From: the human T2T-CHM13v2.0 reference genome, Homo sapiens
Strand: one strand, 5' to 3'
NCBI RefSeq assembly: GCF_009914755.1
Contig: NC_060936.1
DNA: 64,000 nucleotides
Shown: in pieces, positions 15,035-29,202 of the stretch
Layout of the letters: each line of letters starts with the position of its first letter
How positions within the stretch are numbered: position 1 is the first letter of the stretch
The notes under the pieces: model-generated
Seen by the model: the letters and a program-made list of their open reading frames with translations, nothing else
Databases searched by the model: none
Told to the model about the DNA's origin: nothing
Position numbers and translations under genes: made by a program

Positions 15035-16779
15035 TCAACATATGCAAATAGAATTTGCATATGTTGGAGACAGAAAATCTCTCTCTCTCTCTCTCTCTCT
15101 CTTTCCCTCTTTCTCTTTCTCTCCTATTAATTCAATTAATTTTCTCAAGAACCAAGTGAGGAACGTGCTCCTATTGCCCACATTTTGCAAAAAACACTGA
15201 GATTTAACAAAACGAAGTATCTTGCCCCAAGTCACCCATCTAAGAAGTGGAAGAGCCAGTCAAGGCCTTGGTCTGCCCGTGCCTGCCAGTGCTCTTGATA
15301 ACACAATATGGAAAGTGCCCTTTAACAATGATTGGCAGTCAGTTAATTACTTTAGGATTTCATTCTAACCTTAGAAAATCTTCCCTCTCCTTTTCCAATA
15401 ACGGATATAAAATAGAGGAACCTCATTTGTGTTGAGGACAGGAACCCGACACTTCTATCTGTGTCAATAGTCTCTGGCTCAGTGACTACCATATATGGGT
15501 GCTCAGTAAATCCGTAGGAGCCCAATACAGGACATGTTCAATCTTTATGCTAGAGGTGTCTTGGGCACTGAGGGCCAGGATGACCTTTCCAAGATCAAAC
15601 CCATGCCTCTTGGCTCAAACCCTAATCCATCTCTAGAACCTGGGGATGTATATTATATAATGTTCTATAAACTTTATATAATTTGTCCTCATGATACTTG
15701 CTTGGGTAAGTATGAGAATTATTTCCATTCACATGAAAAAAAGGTGGTCTTGGAGAAATGCTAAATGACTTGCCCAAGTTCACATAGCTAGTAAGTGGCA
15801 GAGCTAAACTTTAGACCCAGGTTTCTTTCTCCCCAGCCCCTCTGCATTTTCTCCAGCGTAGTCTACCAACAAATCAGCACTGTTTACTTGGAGATTTTCA
15901 AACTGGCTGCAACGTGACCTGTTGAGGCCACACACATATAAAAGAGGGAGGGAGCTGTATTCTTTACTCTGTGCCAGATTTTGCTCAGATATGAAAATAA
16001 AGCTACTGAAAACTGTAGAACAGAAGCTGTTGACACTTTTTCCTCAAAGACTGGTAATAGGTCTTCAAGAATCCAGACACATGTTGCAGTCCAGTTTATC
16101 TACAGCCAAGAGTGTATTTACAGGATAGCAATTAGCTGTGGTCTCTCCAGTCAAGGAACAGGATTAACCTAATTAGCCACTAATGTCACCAAATGCATGA
16201 CCTGAAAAGGCAGGCAGGGGCTGCCCAAGCTGGAATAGCCAGCCACCAACAGTAGTTTAGAGTACCTCATACAGAGGAGGAGACTTATTTCAGTAGCATT
16301 TCAATTAAACACATCACTAAATCATACAGACACATGCAAATATAAAAATGCAAATTTGAAATACAACACTTTCTTGTAGGTGATTTTGGGACTGAAACAG
16401 GGGACTGAAACTTCACACAACCACTGTTTTGTCTCCGGTGGATTCCTAGGGAGTATCTCAGTGCCTTGCACTCAATACTGTTTACTGAGTAAAGGAATCA
16501 ATGAGTACAAACATGATCTTATGAAAGCAAAATCACTTATAAAGCTACATACATCTCTAATTCTCATTTGGTTTTAACTTCCCCATTGCAATTAAAAGTC
16601 TACCTTCATTTCCACGCATATCAACCAATATCCCCCAAAAAGAAAGTTGCATGAAAAAAGTTGCATGAAAAAAACAGAAAAGTTGCATTAAAAAAACAGA
16701 ATTTCCACCGTGTCCCAGATTTTCCAAATAATCCTGCCATTCGGAAGCCTGTTCATAGCCCCAAAGTACTGAAAGGCCT

Positions 16780-16960
16780 TGCAAAATGCTCATAGGTGGA
16801 ACAGCAGGAAGCATCTAGAGCCATCTCAGAGGGAGCCTTCTGCTTCCAGAAATAAATTCACACATTCACAGGTGCTTCCTGTTTTTTCAAACACCTTGCC
16901 CACCTTCTGCACACCAAGCGTGGATTCTGCAAAACGTGAGCCCAACAGGAAGCTGCCTGC
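16780..16960 (+). promoter_or_regulatory. Putative TATA-less promoter of IFNG-AS1 with three Ets cores
   Basis: CAGGAAGC at 16805-16812, 16874-16881 (reverse) and 16946-16953, immediately 5' of exon 1 in repeat-free sequence. Confidence 0.6.
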
Positions 16961-17091
16961 AATTTCAGGTAGCTTTTCTGACTCTTAAAGAGATCTCAAG
17001 TATACCTTCAGAGAAATGCCAGCAAAAACTGTAGTCATTTGGGAAGGAATAAGCCTGGAAGAAAAAGATACAACGAACTAGCACAACGAGG
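16940..17091 (+). ncRNA. IFNG-AS1: IFNG-AS1 exon 1 (5' end approximate)
   Basis: Donor AGG|GTGAGA at 17091/17092. Confidence 0.8.
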
Positions 17092-18097
17092 GTGAGAACA
17101 TTTTTCATGAAAATGCTGTTTGTAAATTACATTTTTAAACAAATAAATGTGTTTTCTTTAGGTTTTTAGCTCCTGTGGGTGGAATTAGGAGAACCAGCTG
17201 TAAGTGGGTGGTGTTTGTCATATCTCTGCTGTGAGGGAGGAAGAAGAAGGAGGAAGGCTGGGGTGGAGAGGAGGAAGGAGACCCGCATGGCTGGAATGTC
17301 TCCACTGAGCTCAGGGGGATGAATTCCTCTGAGACTTCTTCTATTTCAGGAAGCTCACAAACCCTTCCTGAGATCTCAGAATAACCTTGAAATGAACATG
17401 TAGAACATTGATTAAGTTGTGAGAGTGTTCACAGTAAGCTTTGATTGAACTATTCTAGGGAATTTCTTCTTAACATGGTCACAGGTGGATGAGTTGGGAA
17501 GAAAATGCCATGGGCGCCGTACTCAGTTTTAAAATGAATTCAGAGAAGTTGTTCAAGGTGGTGAGTGCCATGTCACATATCATAGGTCTTGGATAATTTA
17601 GGGTGATTTTTTAATTGTAATTAAAACTACTAATTGCATAATTACTGCTAACACTACTGGTTCAGTTCCAAGTATGTATTCTTACATTTGCTTTTGTTTT
17701 GTTCTGTATTTTCCCAGCCATATTGCCAAATTAAGTTAAATCACGTAAATAATTTTGCTTATTAAATTGACTTCTTAATGTTCTTTTTTTCTGAAATGAA
17801 ACTAAAAACAATATCTACAAAGTCAAGCTTATTCAACTTAACTGGTAAAAGGGCTGCATGGGAGAATGTTTCTCAGCTGAAATTCAAAGAAATGTCTTTA
17901 ACCTACAATGGTCAGAACTGGTCCATATAAATCCTCTCTGAGCTCACCTTTGGCAGTGAATTAAGGGAACAAAGTTAAGAGCGATTAGCTTTGTTTTGCT
18001 TGTAGTAACAAAAATAGAAACATCTGAACATCTTATATGACCAATAGAAGCTTTCTAATCCTTTTTTAAAGGAAACTTTATACACCTAAGGGTTTGA

Positions 18098-18395
<298 letters not shown>

Positions 18396-19599
18396 TACAT
18401 AAATAATTTTTTTTTAACTTTAAACTCTGTTCTACACAAGAAATTATTTATCTTCCACCTGCCCTATGTGGTTTGGTGAAGCACCATGTCACCATGTGCA
18501 TATGGCTATTAAAGATCCAATATGAACATGCTATAGTTTCAAACAAGTTGCTGTCCAGAAAGAACCTGACATCCTCTCGGGACACACACATATCACAGTA
18601 AAATGATACCAGATAATGGCAAAGGAGGGATGGAGTCTAGACTTGGTCCTATTATTTACCAAGTATCTCTAGGTTTCCATTTTCTCATTAGCAAAAAGAG
18701 GAAATTGGATTATGTGTTCTGTAAAACTGCTCCTAGCTTTAAAGTGTATTGATTATTAGGTTTTAAGAAGATCTGAAATAAAAGACGGCACATGCTAAGT
18801 GGCAGATGAGCTGCTATAATGGTTCTGAAAAGGAAGTGACTGCATAGGGTTGGAGCATCTGGGAAAGCCCCCGTGGGGTTGAGAGGTGTGGCTGGCTCTA
18901 GAAAATGGGCAGAACCTAAGAAGGTAGAGATGAGGGGGAGCAGTTCACAGGGCACACTCAGGAGACCAGGGGATGCTCGACTGTGGCTAGATCCAGACAG
19001 ACCCCCGATGCACATGTGAGTGCTAGAGAAAATCTTGTTTCTTGCCACCTTAATGAATGAGGATAATAAGATCACTTGTGGGAAAGTTTTAGTAGCTAAG
19101 ACTGCTGATCCAATGGGCAAAGCATCTTCAAAGGAAAGCCCGCAAGATGGGCCATGTTAAACCCAGAACTTTTGCCAAGGCTCTTTGGCTTCTCCGCACC
19201 AGGGAGGTCTCAGTCAGTACTTCGTACTGCAACTATGCCCTCACATGACTCCTCTCTTTTAAATAGCTGGAAGTCTCTTAAACAGGTTCAAAAAACAAGA
19301 CTTCCTAATACAAAACCAAACAAATTCTGCCATCTCTTAGCTCTGTGACCTTGAAAAGTTTGTTTTAAATGAAATAGCTCAAGGATAGAGAAAATTATCT
19401 AGAATGAAATAATAAGTGTCCATATGCTTGTCATCCAGCTTTGTTACATGTTATTGCTCTTAGTTATTTTCTCATAGTTATTTCAGATTTTTCACAAGGA
19501 AAGAAAGGTTAAAGTTGACTCTAATTATGTACTACCTTTCAAGCCAATTCTCTTCCTCTCTCTCTCTTTCTCTTTCTCTCTGTCTCTGTATCCAGGAGT

Positions 19600-20110
19600 A
19601 AACACATTTTGAATTTGATGTTTATCTTCCCGTGATGTTTCTGTATTTATGCTCCATAGACACCTACAAATAATATTGAGTATTGTTTTGTGTCCCTAGA
19701 TGTTATATGAATGGTATCATACTTTGCATTTCTTTTAATATCTGGCTTTGGTAATTCACCATTAAATTGTTGAGGTTTATCCATGTTGATACACATTATT
19801 TTCACTGCTACATAGTATTCCACTGAATCATTATTCCAAAATTTATCAATCTATTTTCTTGTTAGTGGAATCTTGGGTTGTTTAAAAGATCTTTCTATCT
19901 CGAATAATGTTGCAACATAGCCCTCTCACGTGTTTCCTCCACATAGGTCAAAGCTTACCTAGGAGCCATTGGAGGACACATATACTGTTAGTTTTGGAAG
20001 GTATTATATAACTGCTCTGTCCTTTTCTAACAGTGACAGCTTCCAATTCTCTACATCCTTGCCCACGTGCAACATTTTAATCCTTTTCAATTTGATAGGT
20101 ATACTATTTT
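19600..20110 (-). mobile_element. Ancient L1ME-type 3' fragment
   Basis: TTTATCCATGTTGATACA...CACTGCTACATAGTATTCCACTG...TTGGGTTGTTT pattern typical of antisense L1M. Confidence 0.6.
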
Positions 20111-22566
20111 AATGTATGTTTACATGCTATAAAAGCCTTTTATGCTCCATTGTACAGAATACTGAAGTAAAATCTCTATTTCTCTTGCTGCATAGCCCAG
20201 TCTAGTTCCTTTTAGGACTAATCTAATTCCTTTCAGTTTATGGTATTTTGGTTACCAAATTAGACACTGTTTTTCTTTGAGTAAATATATCTCAAAGCAA
20301 GTGTTGACTTTGCACAGTAACAATGAAAGGTAAATTGTTTGCAAAAGTAGAGATAATATCACTGTGCCAACTTTAAGGTTCAGAAAACATCCCTTGATTT
20401 CGTATCCCATTTTCTTTCCCTTTGGTCCTCCCACCAGTTGATAACCACCATGAACAGCCAAAATACTGCATGCAAAATTATATTTGTGATATTTGCAGCT
20501 TGACTTAAGAAAATGAAGTAGCCGAAAATCTGAGAAATATGTCCTCTTGTCACTTTCCTGTCCTTGTGCAGTGCTGAGGGATTTCAGACACAAACAGGTC
20601 CCCATTAGGCTCGAATCACTTTGATAAATCTCTGATAAGCATCAAGGTTCTGGGGCTTTTTACAGAAAAGAATTTCTTTTTCTTTATTTTTTAATTTCTG
20701 AATTTCATTGGGCAGATGAAAGTTCCTCTGTTTCTTTAGAAAATCACCCTCTGTTTTTTACGCAGTTCATGATGTACTTTCTTCTTTCACTCGGACAGGA
20801 TTTAGAAGAGCAATCTGGCATTCATCTCAGTGAAAGCATCAAAATATCTAACTCTGTCAGATCATTAAATAGAACACTATATAGTTATAAAATACACATC
20901 TTAAACCATTTATAAAAGGTCATTGAGGAATCTTAAGTGATCTGAAAAATGTTCATGAGATAAAGCTCAGGCAGTGGAAATAAACTATATGTATATGTGC
21001 ATATCAAAAACAGTTCCATCTCTATCTTTCAATCTATTTCTCATCAATCTATCTAGATAAAAGAAATATACCAAAATGCTAACAATGAATATCTTCCAGT
21101 GAAGAGATCATGAATTATTAAACACTTAAAAATATATTTCTGATTTTCCAATAGTTCTACCATGAACATATATTATTTTTATGACCTAAAATGATTAGAA
21201 CAAAAGGCACTTATTAATAAAAAAGATAATGTAACAAAGTTCTAAGAAGACATAGTCTTATAGTATGGAGGCTTGATAAAGAAATTTAATATATTCAGTT
21301 ACTTTTCTTTTGACTTTCCTTTTATTTTTCTTTTTGCAAACTCTTTCTGAGTTGAACATAGGTTTGGGAAAATAACAGAATTGTAACTTTCCACATATAT
21401 TTCTTAAACATACGTTTAGTAAATTTAGACATGTACAAGTATGTCTAAATGGTAGCCTGCTGTGGTTTATTTGCATAAAGGGCAGAGGGTCTCAGTAATA
21501 ACAAGTTATTATTTTCTTAAGGTTGATGGTTAGTACCATCATGTTCCCCCCAAAACCCCACTCATTGTGGCATGGGGAATAATTTAACCTTCCAAGCATT
21601 GGGAGGCATGTCAGTAGAGGAAGGCAGTCATCATCACAGGAGAGTTGTTGTACACAGGTTGAATTGGGGTTGTCCTTTGGCTAAAGAACTCAGTTGCACC
21701 TTCATACAGTGACAACAAGCTTCCTGCCCCTCCTTCAGAGAAGAGCCATGGCCCTCAGTAGAGGGAGCTATAACAGAGAATGAGTTAAATGAATGCTTTA
21801 TTAACCAGTGTTGGTTCAAATCAATAAGTCACAGAATGCCCAGTTTCATTCATATCCGTCAACGCATCGTTACATCCATATGGAGGTACAGAAAGGAAGG
21901 ACAGTAGGTGGATGATGTTGTGGGGATCTCCTACCCCTCCTGAGTTCCTATTACATCTATTATAATCACAATCCTACACTTATTTCTTGAGTAAACAAAT
22001 ACGGAGATTTTTTAAATATGCTGCTTTATCCTAACTTGGTAAAACCCCTATATACAATTACCTAAAACTAGGGGGAGAATTTAAATACAGCTTTCAAAGC
22101 AATTTAGCAATTGTGTATGAAATGGACACACAACATGTCTGCCGCTATTCTAAACATTGTAAGGCTGAAGAAATAAGACACTCCTCCAAAAAGAACATCT
22201 AGGGATCTTATCTGGATGATGAAATAGATGTACGTGAAGCACACAAACAACATTACATGTTCTAGGAGGTGCAGTAAGATGAAGCATCATAAGTGATGAA
22301 AGTGATCCACCGCAGATTTAAAGTATGGACCCTGGAATTGGCTTCCCTGAATTCCAATCTCAGTTCATTTTATTATTGGCTGTGTTTAAAGAAACTTAGG
22401 CAAGTTACCTAACCTCTTTATGCCTCAGTTTCCTCATCCAGAAAGTGGTGAAACTAATATGTTTCATAAATTGTATATAATATGCTTACAAGAGTGTCTT
22501 AATACACAGATGAAGCTCAATAAACAATTACTTTTATTACTATCAAATGTCAAGAAAACTAGTTTA

Positions 22567-23292
<726 letters not shown>

Positions 23293-23452
23293 TCAGTTTG
23301 CCTTTTACAAAAGACTGAGGATTATTTATCCCAACAAATGCAAAATCATTTCCATAAAGAGTAGAAAATATAAGTGGTAGGAAGAAATATATCAGCTGAT
23401 TATTTTCTTTAAAACAAGAATCTCAGATCACTCATTTGACATTTCTCTTCAG

Positions 23453-23585
23453 AGTTTGAAAAGTTCATGACAGCTCACAGCTGATGATGGTGGCAATCTT
23501 AAGGATACAGAAAGCTCATTCCTCATGCAGGGAAGAAGAAAATATTCTAAAGAAGAGATAAGCATATTCCATGAAATCAAAAAAG
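23453..23585 (+). ncRNA. IFNG-AS1: IFNG-AS1 exon 2 (133 nt)
   Basis: Acceptor TTTCTCTTCAG|AG and donor AAG|GTAGGA. Confidence 0.85.
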
Positions 23586-23614
23586 GTAGGAAAACAATAT
23601 TTATTCATTAACTC

Positions 23615-23950
23615 CTTCACTCACTCAACGAACATATATTTAGTGCCTACTATGTGTTAGGCATGGTACCAGAATCTGGAATCCAAAATTTAAAAAGTCT
23701 CTGTCCTGAAGAGTTTACAAGACAGGGCAGTAAGTAAGTGATCAAAATACCGTATGATAGCAATTAGTACAAGGCATGGAGCTGAGCCTGGATAGTAAAG
23801 CAGAGGCCATGTGAATGAGTTTTGTCTTTATTCTGATACAAATGTGAATCCATTGAAAGATTTAAACAAAGAGAATGCCATCTAACTAGTTTCATTCTTA
23901 AAAGATCATACTTGTTGTATAGTGAGAACAAATTGAATGGTGAATCAGAG
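23615..23950 (-). mobile_element. L2 3' fragment
   Basis: TCACTCAACGAACATATATTTAGTGCCTACTATGTG, the antisense L2 3' end. Confidence 0.65.
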
Positions 23951-24479
23951 CTGAGATTTTGTTATTTTTATAACTACAAAATCTTGTATAGTTTTCTACA
24001 CCTATAAAGTACAATGAGTTCACACCCTCTTAAATCTATGTAGCTGTGTGTCCCTCCATGCTATTATTCATCTAGCAGTCTGCCTTCTGCTCCCACTCAT
24101 TTCCCTACAATGAGTAACAGAACTGCAAGTAGACAAAGAAGGATGGAGAATGAACTTGGCTTCTCTCTTTCAAATGGAAGCTAGCAGAAAAGCTCAGGAA
24201 CTCACACCTTGAGGAGAGGGTAATATGCAGTGGTTAATAACATAGGATATTGATTTAAAAACCAGTGTTGTCCATTGCTCATTCTATGACCTTAGGCAAA
24301 CTTGTCAATATTTCTGCTCTTAATATCTTTACTTTATGATGGTAATAAAGTTATTTCTATCTTTTATTTGTCAGACTCAGCTAACTACTATAAGAAATAA
24401 ATCAAATCTCAGAGGCTTAACACAATAAAAATGTATTTCTGGTTCAAGTTAAGAAAAGGCATTAACTAAAACAATAAGA

Positions 24480-27400
24480 TAAGTTATTATAATATAAAAT
24501 AGCAGGATAAAAACATTACATAGATAACTTACTATTTTATATACATAAACAATGATTATTTAGGAGATGTAATAACAGAAAAACCCTCATTTATAATAAC
24601 AACAAAGAACATGAAACACTTAAATAAACTTAAAAGGAAATGTGCAAAAACTGTATGAGGAAAGCATTTCTGAAAGACATAAAACACTGAAGAAGAGCCA
24701 AGAAAACACTTAAAAAGAAAAACTAGAAGGAAGAACTAGCCCTATCACACATTAAAACATACTATAAAGTCTTCATAATTAAGAGTGTAGGATGCAGGTG
24801 CATGACTAGGCAAACGAACTGATAGAATAAATTAGAAAGCCCAGAAATTGACCCAAGTACATATGGAAATTTAGTATATGATAAGTGACATCACAAAATT
24901 GCTGGGGCAAGAAAATTTTAATAGATGGTTCTGGGACAACTGGATAGCTATTGGGAATGAAATAAGTTTAGATCCATATCTCACACCATATACAAGCATA
25001 AAGACCCAATGAAAAAGAGATATAATATAAATGTAAAAAAAAATTTTTTTTTAAATAGCAGAAGAAAACATGGGTGAATTTCTATTTAACGTTGGTATAG
25101 GGAAAGATTTTCTAACCATGACTCAAAATCCAGAGGCAATTAAAAAAAAAAGATTGACGAGTGGCCACATAAAAATAAAAATTTTAATGCATGGCAAAAA
25201 CACCATAAACAAAGTCAAACAACAAACAAACTTTAAAAAAATGCTTGCAACATTAATCTTTCTATAATAAAGTATATATTCTGCTAATATATTAAAAACT
25301 CCTAAAATTGAAAGAGAAGGGATTTTAAAAAAATATTGAACTAGATAAAGAAACAAGAGTAGATAATTCACAAAAAGATATATAAAAAACCTTGTAAGAT
25401 AGCAAAAAATGTTTAATATCATTCATAACTAGTGAAATACAAATTAAAACTTTATAGGAATATTATTTTTCACTTATCAGATTGGCAAAAAAATTAAAAA
25501 TATGGCAGTCATCTGTAGGGAAAGAGATACCCTCACACATTGCTGGTGACAATGTCAAGTGGTACAAGCTTTATAGAGGGAAATTTGGTAATGCCTAAGA
25601 AACTACACATACACTTATTTTTTAATTCAGCAATTCCACTTCTAGGAATTTACCCAGAAGATACACCTCCGATAAGGCAAAAATATATTTGCACAGGGTT
25701 ATTAATTGTGACATTGTTGTTATTGCAAAATATTGGAAACAATGTAAATATCTGAACACAAGAGAGTAGTTAAACAAATTGTGTACCTCTACAGGCTCTA
25801 AGAGAAAATAAAATAGAAAAGGATTCCTGTGAACCTATTTGGATTGTTTTTCAGAACACAATCCAAATAGGTTTTTCTTAAGTGAAAAAGAAAAAAGACA
25901 AAGTGCAAAAGAATATCTATTATGTGTCAACTTCTATGAAAGAGAGACCAAAAAAAAAAGAAAAAGAAAAAGAAAGAAAACCACAAAAAGGTTAACCCAG
26001 GAACTAAGATTGCTTATATACAGGGATAACAGGAAGGAGTTGGGGTGCAGGGGATGATGGGGGTGGGAAAGGAACACTTCTCTGAGTATAACTCTTTCTA
26101 CAGTTCTGACTTTTAGAAACCATGGTAATGTTTCATTACCAAAAATATAAATAAATGACTAAAATCAAGCAGGGTGAAGGGAGAACCCAAAATTCAATAC
26201 AAACAATAACAAATGAGCCTAACTCAATTACAAACCACACTGAAGGGGATGAGGAAGAAAAGAATGAACTGAAGACAACTTTGAAATCCAATGTATTATT
26301 ATATACATGTATTATTAATACAATGTACATATTATATACTCTAAGACCAAAGACCAACAGGAATGTACACAAACATTTTACATTAGTTTGCAAGCTCCCC
26401 AGCCCCAAAGAGGCATTGGTTAGTAATTATAAACCCAGTTAATGTTTATTTTAGGATTGTGCAAATAAGTAAATAATATTTGGATAACAAGAGGGAGATT
26501 TCTTACTTTTAGAGAAATGAGTTACTAGTAAGGAAAGGAGGAAGGCTAGAATTAACACTGTAATACTGGACTGAAATCAAATGTATTGGTATGAACTGAT
26601 GGTGATAGATAGATGATAGATAATAGATAATAGATAAGATAGATAGATAGATATAAATAGGAATCAAATGTATGAACTCGTGGTGATAGATAAATGATAG
26701 ATAGATAATAGATGATACAGAGATAGAGACTTAGATTATGTGTATGTACACATGTTTATTATAAACAGATTTTTATCTAGCTTTGTCTGATGAGAGGGCC
26801 TAAAAGTAATGACACCAGTAGCAATGAACACAAAGAGCACCTAGATCTTGCTTTCTAGATGACATTATTTAATAAAAGAAACCAAGGATCCTTGAGAAAT
26901 GACTGAGCTCATGGCTGGGGCAGGGAAAGTACTGTGTAAGATTATCCTGGAACATCTTGTGCCAGAAAGAAAAGAAGCAGTAAGAACAAAATGGTGGACA
27001 CATGTTGAAAGGACACAGAAGCCAACTTGAAGGGGCCCCCAGTGGTCAATTGTGAGCCAATTTGAAGAACAAAGTAAATTATGGTAATAATGGAGTATAG
27101 CATATAGAATAAAATAAGTATTCATGACTGCATACTGATATACTTCAATAATGAAATAACTAGCAAATGGGAGAGAAGGGAAAGCTCTTCTTTACAGTAG
27201 AATTATAATTAACGAGTGTCAAATAAATTATTAAAGTAAAAAAAATCACTAGTTGGCGATGAGTGGGGCAATATATAAGAAACAGGATATTTACATAGTC
27301 CTAAAGTCTCTCTCTACGAAGTCCTTATTAAATACAAAAGTAAAAACAGTTCCTTTACAGTGGAGCAGTCTGGCAGACACTACCTTAACCAAGTGTTGAA

Positions 27401-27780
27401 GGCTAACATCACCAATAATAAGAAGTATTCAACAAAAAGGACCCATGATATATGTACTGAGAAGCCCACAATATCGCTTCTGTGGTAGTCTTACTAAATA
27501 TGTATAAGCTGAATTTAATCATTATTACCTTAATCATAATCTGGATCTTGGCTATAAAATAGGCATTAATGTGATAATTGGCAAATGTTGAATAAGGTCT
27601 GGGGTTAGTTAATAGCATAATATCAATGTTAGTTTCTTGATTTTGAAAATTATACTGTGGTAAAGTAAAATATTAACACTGGGAGAAGTTTGGTAAAAGG
27701 TATATGGGAGTTCTGTGTACTGGCAACTTTTTTTAGTCTGAAATTATTTCAAAATAAAAAGGTAATAAAAATATTAAAAA
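24480..27780 (+). mobile_element. Mosaic of ancient L1M (L1MC/ME-type) ORF2 and 3' UTR fragments, including a GATA-rich stretch at ~26605-26730
   Basis: Degenerate ORF2 peptides (FNSAIPLLGIYPED, GIGKDFLTMTQNPEAIK) and an L1MC-type 3' end ...GGTATATGGGAGTTCTGTGTAC...TTATTTCAAAATAAAAAG. Confidence 0.75.
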
Positions 27781-27890
27781 GAAAGAAAAGGTATTTAAAA
27801 ACATTTCTACCTATGATTACAAAACTTCATTTTAAAAGAGATGACTTAACACCCTCTCAAAATATATTTTCTTCTCAAAATAAAAATGTT

Positions 27891-28195
27891 GGCCACATGC
27901 AGTGACTCATGCCTGTAATCTCAGCATTTTGGGAGGCTAAGGTCAGAGGATGGAGAATAGCTTGAGGCCAGGAGTTCAAGACCAGCCTGGACAACATAGT
28001 GAGACCCTATCTCTATAGAAATAAAAATAAAAAACTAACCAGGCATCGTGGTGCACACCTGTAAGTCCCAGATTTGAGAAGGCTGAGATGGGTGGATTGC
28101 TTGAGCCCAGGAGTTTCAGACTGCAGTGAGCTGTGATTGCACTAACGCACTCCAGACTAGGCCACGGAACAAGGCCTTGTCTCTTAAAAAAAAAA
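27891..28195 (+). mobile_element. AluJ
   Basis: Diverged Alu with J-type GCTTGAGGCCAGGAGTTCAAGACCAGCCTGG and GCAGTGAGCTGTGATTGC. Confidence 0.92.
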
Positions 28196-29188
28196 GTTAA
28201 ATACTTTCTTAAAAAATACACATGGAAAAACATATTTATTCCATAAATTCTCCCCCAGATCAATATGTTCCTTTGCTCTGACCCATTGTTTTATTTTTTT
28301 CTGCTATTGTTCATATTTTCAGAGGATATGACCTGGGTAATGAAGTAATTTTTTTATAAATTAATCCTAGTTATAATTTTACCTCAGTGAATTTGAGCAT
28401 CTTAGAGTCGAATTTTATGTACAGATATATGTTTTTCTAGGCAACAGATTTAGAGAACTTCATTTCTATTCAAAAAGCCTAGGTATAAAGGCCTGGCATC
28501 CTTACTCTATAAAGGATAGGCCTATTTTATAGACCACAAGACTCATCACTACTCAATAGTTACCTCACACTCCTAGTGTCAAACCAGAGCACACACATAC
28601 ACACACATATATACTTGCACATACATACAAACACACATATAATGTATACATATGTGTGTGTATATATACATTTTCAATAACTTGCTAATCATGATGAATG
28701 CTGTCTTAACTTTTTTTTCAAACAAAAGTCCTCACATACTTGTTACTGAACCAACCTAGTGCAGGGCACAGAAACAAAGATAAAACATTTTTTCATTAAA
28801 ACATGTCCCACAGTACAGATAGTGGCAACGTTTCCAAGTTGATATGGTAAGATGCCAGTGACCCCAGTACAGCATGAATCTGAGTGCCATCTCATGTGCA
28901 AGTCCTTACAGACCCAGCTGAGTCTTCTCCAATGTCTCCTCTTGGAGTCGTAGGTGCTCTTATTACCAGTTTTCATCTGATTCCACTAGGGAATGGGATG
29001 ATTTTGCTTTTGTTTCTTGGCCAGAAATCGCTTGATACTGAAAACCTTGCGAGCAGACATAGTGAGGAATGGAGTCAACCGCATACACCACAATGGCAGA
29101 GAAAGGGAGAGACCCGTCTTGTTTTATTTTAATGAAATATTTTGCTTTGGAGAATTCAAAGAAAAATATAGGAGGTCACCTGATTTTA

Positions 29189-29202
29189 CCACCAGAGGGC
29201 AT
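29189..29202 (+). promoter_or_regulatory. Candidate CTCF site (forward orientation)
   Basis: CCACCAGAGGGCAT matches the CCASYAGRKGGCR core; it lies in unique sequence. Confidence 0.6.
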
